From Alphaproteobacteria bacterium (GTDB lineage Bacteria; Pseudomonadota; Alphaproteobacteria; JBFXJJ01), in contig JBFXJJ010000002.1 in NCBI GenBank assembly GCA_050175015.1, positions 193,995 through 257,994 on the forward strand: a stretch of 64,000 nt of DNA, written 5' to 3'. This document shows positions 21,321 to 29,998 of this stretch, piece after piece. The translations under genes and the position numbers were made by a program. The first letter of the stretch is position 1. The number at the start of each line of letters is the position of its first letter. The notes beneath the pieces were generated by a model. That model was not told the origin of the DNA. It was given only the letters and a program-made list of their open reading frames with translations, and did not search any database.

Positions 21321-22418
21321 TTGCAAATGTCTAGTCCAACTCCAAAACCAGGAATTATGGATATTACGCCCTACAAAGGCGGCGAAGCCAAAATTAAAGG
21401 CGTTTCTCAAATTTTAAAGTTATCATCTAATGAAAATGCATTTGGAATAAGCCCGAAAGCACTTGAAGCGATAAAAAAGCATTCTGAAGAAGCTTTTCGT
21501 TATCCTGATGGCAACTGCAACCTGCTTCGAGATGCTCTTGCGGAAAAATATCAAATACCTTCTGAAAATATTGTATGCGGCGCTGGCTCCGATGAACTGA
21601 TAAAAACAATCTGCAATGCTTTTGCAGGCTGTGGCGATGAAGTCTTATATAATTATCATGGTTTTTTGATGTATGGCATTTACGCTAAAGCATTTGGAGC
21701 AACCCCTATTAAAGCTCCGGAAAAAGACTTTACGGTCGATATCGATACTTTAATCGCAGCCGTAACACCTAAAACCAAAATTGTTTTTTTAGCTAATCCT
21801 AATAACCCAACAGGAACAATGGTTCCTAAAAATGAAATTGAAAGACTTGCTAAAAGCCTGCCTTCCAACATTCTTCTTGTAATTGATGCTGCCTATGCTG
21901 AATTTATTGAAGATGACAACTACTCAACAGGATTTGAGCTTGTTTCTAAATTACCCAACGTAGCTGTTCTTAGAACCTTTTCAAAGATTTACGGCTTGGG
22001 AGGTATCCGCTTAGGTTTTTGCTATTGCAGCGCTGCCATCGCCGATATTCTTAATCGAGTAAGAGGGCCTTTTAATGTCTCATCTTTAGCTCAAGAAGCG
22101 GGAATTGCAGCATTAGGTGATGAAGATTTTGTTGATAAGTCGAAAAAACATAATTTTTACTGGCTTCCTAAATTAACCGAAGAAGTTAATAAAATCGGCA
22201 TAAAAACAACGTTATCTTTTGGAAATTTCATTCTGGCGATATTCCCTGAAAATGGCGATAAAACCGCGCAAAATGCTGATGATTTTTTACGTAAAAACGG
22301 CATTATTACAAGACGTATGGAACCTTATAATCTTCCTAACACTTTAAGAATAAGCATTGGACGTGACGATGAAATGAACTTCTTAATCAAAACTTTAACT
22401 GATTTTATGAATGGATAA
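21321..22418 (+). CDS. hisC: Histidinol-phosphate / aromatic aminotransferase
   Basis: KLSSNEN, YPD, GSDE, NPNNPTG, DAAYAEF, RTFSKIYGLGGIRLG. Confidence 0.95.
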   Translation: MQMSSPTPKPGIMDITPYKGGEAKIKGVSQILKLSSNENAFGISPKALEAIKKHSEEAFRYPDGNCNLLRDALAEKYQIPSENIVCGAGSDELIKTICNAFAGCGDEVLYNYHGFLMYGIYAKAFGATPIKAPEKDFTVDIDTLIAAVTPKTKIVFLANPNNPTGTMVPKNEIERLAKSLPSNILLVIDAAYAEFIEDDNYSTGFELVSKLPNVAVLRTFSKIYGLGGIRLGFCYCSAAIADILNRVRGPFNVSSLAQEAGIAALGDEDFVDKSKKHNFYWLPKLTEEVNKIGIKTTLSFGNFILAIFPENGDKTAQNADDFLRKNGIITRRMEPYNLPNTLRISIGRDDEMNFLIKTLTDFMNG

Positions 22419-22426
22419 ATTCTTCA

Positions 22427-23056
22427 ATGGCAACTAGAAATATTAAAAATGTAGTATTCGACTTTGGCAATGTCTTAATTGCTTGGGACGTAAAAAGCCT
22501 CTATGTTAAAATTTTTAACGGTGATGAACAAAAAGCTTCTTGGTTTTTGAGCAATATCTGCACCCTAGAATGGAACCGCCAGCTTGATGAAGGGGTTACT
22601 TTTGATGATGCTATCGCACAACTTCTGGGTAAGTGGCCAGAATATGAAGAAGAAATAAAAGCTTATAAAACCCGTTGGCACGAAACTATTGTTGGTGAAA
22701 TATCACCATCGGTCAACGTATTAAAAAATTTAAAAAACAAAGGCTATCCATTATACGGTCTTACAAACTGGTCTCACGAAACTATCGGCTATGCTAAAAA
22801 CAGGTTCCCATTCTTAAATTTATTAGATGGTATTGTGGTTTCGGGCGAAGAAAAAGTATCTAAACCAGATAATGAAATTTTTGAGATTCTCTTAAAAAGA
22901 TATCAGCTTAATCCAAATGAAACACTCTTTATTGACGATAATGGGGACAACATCAAAACCGCAGATAAGCTAGGATTTGATACAATATGGTTTCAAAATT
23001 CAGACCAACTTGAAACCGAAATTGTTACCAGAAATCTTTTTAAAAAAAAATTTTAA
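22427..23056 (+). CDS. HAD family phosphatase
   Basis: VFDFGNVL, LTNW, KPD, FIDDNGDN. Confidence 0.9.
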   Translation: MATRNIKNVVFDFGNVLIAWDVKSLYVKIFNGDEQKASWFLSNICTLEWNRQLDEGVTFDDAIAQLLGKWPEYEEEIKAYKTRWHETIVGEISPSVNVLKNLKNKGYPLYGLTNWSHETIGYAKNRFPFLNLLDGIVVSGEEKVSKPDNEIFEILLKRYQLNPNETLFIDDNGDNIKTADKLGFDTIWFQNSDQLETEIVTRNLFKKKF

Positions 23057-23064
23057 GAAAAGAT

Positions 23065-23093
23065 ATTGAAACTAAAAAATACCCTACCTATAT
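23065..23093 (+). promoter_or_regulatory. RpoH-type promoter of small heat shock gene
   Basis: ATTGAA-N16-CCTATAT upstream of ibpA. Confidence 0.7.
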
Positions 23094-23102
23094 AATTTTT
23101 GT

Positions 23103-23197
23103 TAAGGACGCCATAAGTAATGGGTTCTTACAAATGAAGTGATTTTTAATACTTAAACAATATTTTATCGCTTAATATTTAGGAGGGTAAAAAAATG
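23103..23197 (+). ncRNA. ROSE-like RNA thermometer in ibpA 5' UTR
   Basis: UCGCU (23168-23172) positioned to pair with AGGA of the SD (23181-23184) with bulged G; 5' hairpin aaggacgccat...atgggttctt. Confidence 0.55.
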
Positions 23198-23692
23198 ACA
23201 ACTTTTGATCTTTCACCATTACATCGTTTTACTGTAGGTTTTGATAATATTGATAGTCTTTTTGAATCTTTATCAAGACTAGATGAGACATCTACATCTT
23301 ATCCACCTTATAATATTGAAAAACTTTCTGAAGATAGATACGGCATAACTTTAGCCGTCGCAGGATTTGATGAAGATGAACTTGAAATAACGGCTAAAGA
23401 AAATTCTCTCTACATTTCTGGAAGAAAGAATGAAAACAAAAACGAAGATTCCTTCCTTTATAAAGGAATTGCAACCAGAGCCTTTGAAAGGACTTTCGAA
23501 CTTGCTAACCATATTAGAGTTGAAGGAGCAAAACTCGACAAGGGATTACTTACGATTGAACTTGTAAAAGAGATTCCCGAATCGATGAAACCTAGAAAAA
23601 TTTCCATTTCTGATATAGGTAAAAAAGTTATCGAAAATCAATCAAAGGAAAAAAGCGAAAAAAAGGGAGAAAATGGAAAAGAAGCCGCTTAA
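23195..23692 (+). CDS. ibpA: Small heat shock protein (Hsp20, IbpA class)
   Basis: DLSPLHRFTVGFD, YPPYNIE, LAVAGF, LYKGIATRAFERTF, KPRKISI. Confidence 0.95.
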   Translation: MTTFDLSPLHRFTVGFDNIDSLFESLSRLDETSTSYPPYNIEKLSEDRYGITLAVAGFDEDELEITAKENSLYISGRKNENKNEDSFLYKGIATRAFERTFELANHIRVEGAKLDKGLLTIELVKEIPESMKPRKISISDIGKKVIENQSKEKSEKKGENGKEAA

Positions 23693-23737
23693 TAAACTTT
23701 TTTTCCAATTTATTCACAAAACTTAACGTTATTCGAT

Positions 23738-23767
23738 AAGTCGGGGTTTCTAGCCCCGACTTTTTTT
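23738..23767 (+). terminator. Intrinsic terminator after ibpA
   Basis: gtcgggg-tttctag-ccccgac followed by T7. Confidence 0.85.
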
Positions 23768-23843
23768 ACCAATTATTAATTTTTATGGAACACCATATTA
23801 AAAAGATACTTCTTAAAAATTATTTTTTTTAAGGAGTAGTCTC

Positions 23844-24683
23844 ATGGTCGGAGTAAGTTCTCGTTTAGTAGCAAGCCAGACAAAGTCATCAACTGTATGG
23901 GAAAAAAACGTTCAAGATGTAAATAGTTCTAAAGATAATTATCTTCAGGCTAGAGACATCGGAATGGCACGCCTTAATTTTAATCGCCTTAATCTTGTTG
24001 CTGAAGTTTCTAAGAACGACAGCGTTGATTATTACAAATTCAATGCCATATCTAGGGGCAATATGAGAATTACGGTACGTGAAGCCAGTAGTTCCGAAAC
24101 CGCTGATGCCACTAATGTTACCAAAACTGATAATTCTGAAAAAACTATTGAAGACCAAAAGAAAGAATTAGAAGACCTTGTTGACAGTTTAAAAGTAAAG
24201 AATGTCAGAGTCCAAGTTATGACTGTTAATAGAGGCAAAGAAACAGTTGTTGCCGATAGCGCAGGTGAAGAGGGCTCTACCGAATTAGAAAATTTTGAAT
24301 CATTATCTTTAGGCGAATATCGAGTAAAAAATCCTGATATGTACTATCTAAAAATATCAAGGATAGACGAGACTAAAACCAGCGAGTCTTACCCTTATGC
24401 TGTACAAATTCAGATTGGCGATACTCATAAATATGATTATGTAAGTATTGAGAAAAAAGCATCTGAAAGCATAGACAGTTCAACAACATCTACAACATCA
24501 AAAACCAGCAGCACTAAAAGCACAAGCTCATTAAGCACCCAAGCACAGCTAGCTTTAGATAATGCCTTACAATCAACTTCTGCCAAATTTAAGTCATCTC
24601 AACTTGCAGTAAACTTATTAAAAAACAGTAGTTATTGGAATAGTTCATCAAGTCAAAAGTCAAAAGTAAGCTTTTGGAGTTAA
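23844..24683 (+). CDS. Hypothetical protein, Ser/Thr-rich, PPC-like beta domain; paralog of next gene
   Basis: AAGGAG RBS; shares WEK.V.DV, ARDIG.ARL..NRLN..AE.S.NDSVDYYKF, GKET.VADS, KISRIDE, YA.Q.Q.G with 24828..25760. Confidence 0.8.
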   Translation: MVGVSSRLVASQTKSSTVWEKNVQDVNSSKDNYLQARDIGMARLNFNRLNLVAEVSKNDSVDYYKFNAISRGNMRITVREASSSETADATNVTKTDNSEKTIEDQKKELEDLVDSLKVKNVRVQVMTVNRGKETVVADSAGEEGSTELENFESLSLGEYRVKNPDMYYLKISRIDETKTSESYPYAVQIQIGDTHKYDYVSIEKKASESIDSSTTSTTSKTSSTKSTSSLSTQAQLALDNALQSTSAKFKSSQLAVNLLKNSSYWNSSSSQKSKVSFWS

Positions 24684-24827
24684 CTAAAAACATTGAAAAA
24701 GCCAGCTTTTATTAATTTTTAACTTTTTAAATGCTATAATTTAATAAAACAGCTTCACGATAAACAGTAAAAATGGTATTATGTTTATTAGAAGTAGAAA
24801 GATGAAAAAACTAGGAGGGATTCTATT

Positions 24828-25760
24828 ATGTCCAGTGTTTCTTCAACCACAGAAGTAGGTCCATCAGCTTGGGAAGCTAGAAGTGCTCCTAAACTATGGG
24901 AAAAGAGCGTTACTGATGTTAGTGACGCCAAAGAAAGTTATTCCGAAGCTCGTGATATTGGCACCGCAAGGCTTGATTATAACCGTCTTAACGTTATTGC
25001 GGAACTGTCTGAAAATGACTCGGTTGACTATTATAAATTCTCAACATCTTCCAGAGGCAACTTAAGAATTTCGTTAAGAGACTCTGATGCAGAAGATGAA
25101 GAAGATCCTTTAGATATTGATGTTAATGATTATCTTAAAGCCGCAGGAATCGAAGTTGAAGAAGATTCAACAGATGAGACTTTAAGTGATCTTGAAGAAA
25201 TTATTGATGACTTAACAGCTAAAAATATCAAACTTCAACTCTATACCGTAAAAAATGGCAAAGAGACTCTAGTTGCTGACAGCACTGCCGACGAAGATTC
25301 TGATGAATACGCAGCTTTTGAAGCTTTATCTGAAGGTGAATACCGTATTGATAGTACTGAAACTTTCTACGTAAAAATTTCAAGAATCGATGAAAGTGAA
25401 GACAGTGATGCTTATCAATATGCTCTCCAAGTTCAACTTGGAACAGAATACGATAGCAACCTTCTGACAACAGAAAAAGAAGCCGATGAAAGCACCGATT
25501 ATGAAGGAAAAGCCGGAGCTTATATTAGTTCTGAAGGTCAAGCTGCTGTAGATGCTCTTTCTACCTACGGCGTATATAATCTTTCAGAAGAGGCTGAAAC
25601 TGCTTTGAGTACAGCTATATCAAATGGCTACACATCAACTTATGTTGCTGGACAATCTGCTGTAACAATTTTAAATTCAGCCAGCTCATCATCAAGTAGT
25701 TCAGCTGTTTCCATCTTACAAGATGGATCAAGTTCATCAACTATTGACTTATTTAGTTAA
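24828..25760 (+). CDS. Hypothetical acidic Ser/Asp/Glu-rich protein; paralog of previous gene
   Basis: AGGAGG RBS; same shared motifs; followed by a terminator. Confidence 0.82.
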   Translation: MSSVSSTTEVGPSAWEARSAPKLWEKSVTDVSDAKESYSEARDIGTARLDYNRLNVIAELSENDSVDYYKFSTSSRGNLRISLRDSDAEDEEDPLDIDVNDYLKAAGIEVEEDSTDETLSDLEEIIDDLTAKNIKLQLYTVKNGKETLVADSTADEDSDEYAAFEALSEGEYRIDSTETFYVKISRIDESEDSDAYQYALQVQLGTEYDSNLLTTEKEADESTDYEGKAGAYISSEGQAAVDALSTYGVYNLSEEAETALSTAISNGYTSTYVAGQSAVTILNSASSSSSSSAVSILQDGSSSSTIDLFS

Positions 25761-25778
25761 CTACAAGAAATAAACCAT

Positions 25779-25810
25779 AAAAAAAGAGCCGTTATCCGGC
25801 TCTTTTTTTT
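25779..25810. terminator. Bidirectional terminator
   Basis: aaaaaaagagccg-ttatc-cggctctttttttt. Confidence 0.85.
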
Positions 25811-25917
25811 GGCTGTTATTTTTTAATTCTAAAGCCAGTTGTCTCTAAACTCATTATTTTTCTATAATTATAGCTGATAAAAAACAAAAACATTCGTCAA
25901 AAAATGTTTTTCTGTTT

Positions 25918-27243
25918 TTACTTGTCCGCATCTTTCAGAAACAACAAATCTCTATCTTTTCTAACCTCTCTTATATCGGTATCTATAATAGGAATTTCAT
26001 CTATTTCCTGCGAACTTCCTTCTATTTCCAAATCAACAAATTTCCTAGCCTGAGGCATAACATTAGCCTCTAAACTCCCAACAAAAGCATTATATTTTTT
26101 TACCGTTTTATCAATCTCGCTTCCAATTCCAGCAATATGATTGCCCATAATACTAAGCCTTTTATAAAGATCTTTGCCCAAACTCGCCACTTTTAAAGCA
26201 TTTTCAGCTACCTTTTCTTGACGCCAACCAAAAGCAATCGCTTTAGCAAGTGCTATCAGTGTTGTTGGCGTAACTATTAAAACTTTTGCACTTATCGCTT
26301 CTTCCAAAAGATTAGGATCTTTTTCTAAAGCTGCCGCAAAGAAGTTTTCACCAGGAATAAACATTGCAACAAATTCTGGAGTAACTGTTAGTCCGTCCCA
26401 ATAAGCCTTTGATGATAATTGCTTTACATGCATTCTAATTTGAGATGCGTGCTGTCTTAAATAGTCATCAACATCTTTATCTGTTTCAGCTTCCATTGCG
26501 TCCATATAAGCCGATAAAGATGTTTTGGCATCAACAACAATATGCCTGCCGCCAGGTAGATTTATTATGACATCGGGGCGCAGTTTTTTATCGTCACGAT
26601 CAAAACTTTCTTCAACCCTAAAATCGCAATATTGCGACATTCCTGACATTTCCATAACATTTTTTAACGTCTCTTCACCCCATCGTCCTCTGGTCTTAGG
26701 AGCGGAACGCAGAGCATTAACCAATTTAGCAGTCTCATTCTTAACTTCTTTTTGGGTATTAATCACGTTCTGCAATTCCGAAGATAAAGAACCATAAGCT
26801 TTTTGACGCTCTTTTTCCATATCATCAACACTCTTGCGGTATTCTGATAAAATATCGAATGCGGGTTTAAGCATACTTTCTATCGCCTGTTTTCTATTGT
26901 CTAAATCACTATCCGCATTTTTTTTGTGTTTAGATAAAATTTCATTCGCCAATTCGATAAATTTGCCCTGATTATCAAGAAGTGCTTTATCGGCAATAGT
27001 CTGAAGTTTAGCCTCAATTTCTTCTTTTATCTTTAGAAGAGCCTCTGTTTTTTCTTGATAGTATTTTTCCTGTTCTCCAGCTTTAGCCTTAATTTCAGCA
27101 AGCTCAGATGTCAAACTGATAATTTTATTCACAAGTCTTTCAACCTCTTGTTTGTTTTCGGGATCTTTCTTACTTGACCTAGCAAGCCAGCCAATTACAA
27201 ACCCAGCAAACAACAAAACAACATCTAAAAAATAATCCATCAA
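25918..27243 (-). CDS. rmuC: DNA recombination protein RmuC
   Basis: N-terminal TM + coiled coil, RGRWGE, LRPDVIINLP, VVDAK, MFIPGE, TPTTL. Confidence 0.93.
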   Translation of the reverse strand: MMDYFLDVVLLFAGFVIGWLARSSKKDPENKQEVERLVNKIISLTSELAEIKAKAGEQEKYYQEKTEALLKIKEEIEAKLQTIADKALLDNQGKFIELANEILSKHKKNADSDLDNRKQAIESMLKPAFDILSEYRKSVDDMEKERQKAYGSLSSELQNVINTQKEVKNETAKLVNALRSAPKTRGRWGEETLKNVMEMSGMSQYCDFRVEESFDRDDKKLRPDVIINLPGGRHIVVDAKTSLSAYMDAMEAETDKDVDDYLRQHASQIRMHVKQLSSKAYWDGLTVTPEFVAMFIPGENFFAAALEKDPNLLEEAISAKVLIVTPTTLIALAKAIAFGWRQEKVAENALKVASLGKDLYKRLSIMGNHIAGIGSEIDKTVKKYNAFVGSLEANVMPQARKFVDLEIEGSSQEIDEIPIIDTDIREVRKDRDLLFLKDADK

Positions 27244-27330
27244 TTTAAAAACCTAAAAAATAACTATTGTTAACAAAAAAATAAATTATATAATTGACTT
27301 AATAATAATCAAAACTATTTTTAGTTATTG

Positions 27331-27415
27331 TTTTGAGCAATAAACTCCCGAAAAAATGGTTCTTCGGGATTGTGTTAGAAGTCTTCTAACGCAAAGCTTT
27401 TTTTGTTGCTTAAAA
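27331..27415 (+). promoter_or_regulatory. Structured 5' leader upstream of trcR (candidate cis-regulatory RNA)
   Basis: Outer stem 27331-27344/27402-27415 enclosing hairpins 27346-27369 and 27371-27393; U-run 27398-27404. Confidence 0.45.
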
Positions 27416-27443
27416 AACATTTATTTTTGAAAGGATATAAAAT

Positions 27444-27968
27444 ATGGCTTTACCTTTAATGCCCAAAGCAACAGCAGTATGGTTGGTTGAAAATACCGCT
27501 CTTACGTTTTCTCAGATTGCTGAATTCTGCGGACTTCATGAATTAGAAATTCAAGCTATTGCTGATGGCGAAACTGCTATTGGCATCATTGGTCAAGATC
27601 CTATTAAAACAGGACAACTTACACCAGAAGAAATTGCCCGCTGTGAAAAAAATCAAGACTCTTCTTTAGTTCTTTTAGAAAAAGAAGCTGCCAAACTTAA
27701 AACCAAAAATGCAAAATATACATCAGTTGCCAAACGTCAAGATCGCCCAGATGCGATTGCTTGGATATTAAAACATCACCCTGAAATACCTAATGCTCAA
27801 ATTAGAAAACTTTTGGGAACAACCAATCAAACTATAGATTCTATTAAAAACAAAACTCACAAAAAAATTGCAGTTATAAAACCTATTAACCCTGTAACTC
27901 TTGGGTTATGCACAGAGGCTGACTTGGAAAAAGAAATTATCGTAGCCAATGCCCGTGCTAAAAAATAA
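27444..27968 (+). CDS. trcR: DUF1013 family cell-cycle transcription regulator TrcR
   Basis: PLMPKATAVWLVENTALTFSQIAEFCGLH, KRQDRPDAIAW, PVTLGLC. Confidence 0.88.
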   Translation: MALPLMPKATAVWLVENTALTFSQIAEFCGLHELEIQAIADGETAIGIIGQDPIKTGQLTPEEIARCEKNQDSSLVLLEKEAAKLKTKNAKYTSVAKRQDRPDAIAWILKHHPEIPNAQIRKLLGTTNQTIDSIKNKTHKKIAVIKPINPVTLGLCTEADLEKEIIVANARAKK

Positions 27969-27988
27969 TTGTTAATATAAAAAAATAT

Positions 27989-28019
27989 AAAAAACCTGCT
28001 TTTAAAAGCAGGTTTTTTT
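27989..28019 (+). terminator. Intrinsic terminator after trcR
   Basis: aaaaacctgcttt-ta-aaagcaggttttttt. Confidence 0.8.
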
Positions 28020-28168
28020 GTGCCCATACAACTAAAACAATAACAATTAACAGTAATAACACTTAATTTTTATAAAAATAAAAACATCGCTTCGAAAACT
28101 AATAAATTTATCGCTTTAGTAATTAGAATAGATTAGGGATATATCTGCAAATATTAAGATGTTTCTTT

Positions 28169-28203
28169 AAAAAAAAGCGGCTTAATTATAAAGCCGCTTT
28201 TTT
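28169..28203 (-). terminator. Intrinsic terminator after DUF465 gene
   Basis: aaaaagcggctt...aagccgcttttt. Confidence 0.75.
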
Positions 28204-28224
28204 GTCTCTGCAAAAAACTAAAAA

Positions 28225-28398
28225 CTAATTAACCTCTTCGTCTGAAGACATTTCTTCTTTAATTTTTAACTTCTGTCTTTTTAGCTTACTTAAAACGGCA
28301 TTATCTGGAAGAGGACGTGAGTTCTCTTCTTCAATAGCGGCTTCTAGAGCTGCATGTTTTGCTTCTAACGCTTTAAGATGTTGCTCTTCAATAGTCAT
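28225..28398 (-). CDS. DUF465 / YdcH family small protein (57 aa, below ORF-track cutoff)
   Basis: MTIEEQHLKALEAKHAALEAAIEEENSRPLPDNAVLSKLKRQKLKIKEEMSSDEEVN; GGAGG RBS. Confidence 0.88.
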   Translation of the reverse strand: MTIEEQHLKALEAKHAALEAAIEEENSRPLPDNAVLSKLKRQKLKIKEEMSSDEEVN

Positions 28399-28485
28399 TA
28401 ACTAAACCTCCAAAACAAAAAATATCAGATACGATTTCATTATAATATTTATTTGTTTTTTTTTCTAGTATTGTTAAGAAATATT

Positions 28486-29604
28486 TTACAAATCCTCTTT
28501 GAATTTGATGCCTTCACCAACATACATACCAAGACCTACAGCGGTCTTAAGAATAGCATTAGTTTCAGGTTCAATATTCATTGCACCTCTGGCGACCACA
28601 TCAGAAAGAGGGAATTCTGTTACGCGGCTGTTGCGCCAGCCAACCATACAGTCACTCTTGCCCTTAGATAAAACATCAACAGCGTGAACACCAAAAGCTG
28701 AAGCCGTAATTCTATCAAAAGCTGAAGGAATACCTCCTCTTTGAACGTGTCCCAAAACTGTAACACGACATTGGAGTTCAGGCTCCATCTCTTTTAATTT
28801 TTCACTTAAATAGTGACCGATACCACCATAACGAATATCGCTTTCACCGTGAGCAACAGAAACACTTTCGCCGCATCTTGTTTTAACACCTTCTGCGATA
28901 ACAGCCAGTGCGTGTTTGCGACCTTGATTGCGAACATTTTTCAGCTTTTTAATAATGCCTTCTAAAGTATAAGAAACCTCAGGAATAATGCAAACATCAG
29001 CTCCACCAGCAATAGCTGAATGAAGAGCAATATGCCCAGCATCACGTCCCATAACCTCAAGAATCATTACACGGCTATGACTAGCTGCGGTAGCATGAAG
29101 CCTGTCAAGAGCATCGACACAAACATCACGAGCAGTTGCAAAACCAACAGAATGCTCGGTAAGAGGTGCATCATTATCGATTGTTTTAGGAATACCAACC
29201 ATAGGAACATTAGCACCATGACACAGACGGCTAACAATGCTCATACTGCCATCACCACCAATAACAACAATGGCATCAAGCTCTAATTCCTTAACACCAG
29301 CAGCAAAATCTGCGGTTAAATCACGATATGAACCATCTGGCATTTTACGATTAAACGGGTCGCCGCTGTTAATTGTTCCAAGCATAGTTCCGCCTGTACG
29401 GATTAATGGCCCAGAAAAATCTTCAATTTCTAGTTTCCGGTATCTTAAAGGTCTGCTAGTTAATCCTTCGGTGCCGTCTAAAATTCCATAAACTTCCCAT
29501 TTATACGTCCAAATTGCTCTATGAGCCACAGCGCGGATAACGGCATTAAGCCCTGCACAGTCACCGCCACTGGTTAAAACGCCTATTCTCTTTATTTGTT
29601 TCAT
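28486..29604 (-). CDS. pfkA: ATP-dependent 6-phosphofructokinase (group III type)
   Basis: LTSGGDCAGLN, IGGDGS (Gly at specificity position), PKTIDND, EVMGRDAGH, LGHVQRGG. Confidence 0.92.
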   Translation of the reverse strand: MKQIKRIGVLTSGGDCAGLNAVIRAVAHRAIWTYKWEVYGILDGTEGLTSRPLRYRKLEIEDFSGPLIRTGGTMLGTINSGDPFNRKMPDGSYRDLTADFAAGVKELELDAIVVIGGDGSMSIVSRLCHGANVPMVGIPKTIDNDAPLTEHSVGFATARDVCVDALDRLHATAASHSRVMILEVMGRDAGHIALHSAIAGGADVCIIPEVSYTLEGIIKKLKNVRNQGRKHALAVIAEGVKTRCGESVSVAHGESDIRYGGIGHYLSEKLKEMEPELQCRVTVLGHVQRGGIPSAFDRITASAFGVHAVDVLSKGKSDCMVGWRNSRVTEFPLSDVVARGAMNIEPETNAILKTAVGLGMYVGEGIKFKEDL

Positions 29605-29775
29605 TTGTTAGTTCTCCTAAAAAACAGACCTAAATTTAATATTATAAGATATCCTTCTTATATATCTTGAATTAACATTAAAAAAATCTTAATGCGTATT
29701 TATTCATTCTCTTTTTATAAAATTTATATTAGAATAAAAAGACTTTTTTAAAGATTTTTTTTTAATGGGCAAAAA

Positions 29776-29982
29776 ATGACGGCTAAAAATAAAGAAGAAA
29801 CCTCTAAACTCTTGGTTGAACTGAAGACCGAACATCGTGATCTTGACGATATTATCAACAATTTAGTACGTGAGCCTTCATTTGATCAAATTCAACTTCA
29901 CCGTCTAAAAAAAAGAAAACTTTTTATCAAAGATCAAATTTCCAAGATAGAGAACAATATGTTGCCAGACATAATTGCTTAA
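29776..29982 (+). CDS. DUF465 / YdcH family small protein
   Basis: LKTEHRDLDDII...RLKKRKLFIKDQI...PDIIA. Confidence 0.9.
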   Translation: MTAKNKEETSKLLVELKTEHRDLDDIINNLVREPSFDQIQLHRLKKRKLFIKDQISKIENNMLPDIIA

Positions 29983-29998
29983 ATGATTCCATTTTTTA

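Noticed and set aside
29678-29692. TTAA-N7-TTAA possible CtrA box
   Set aside because: Expected by chance in such AT-rich intergenic DNA
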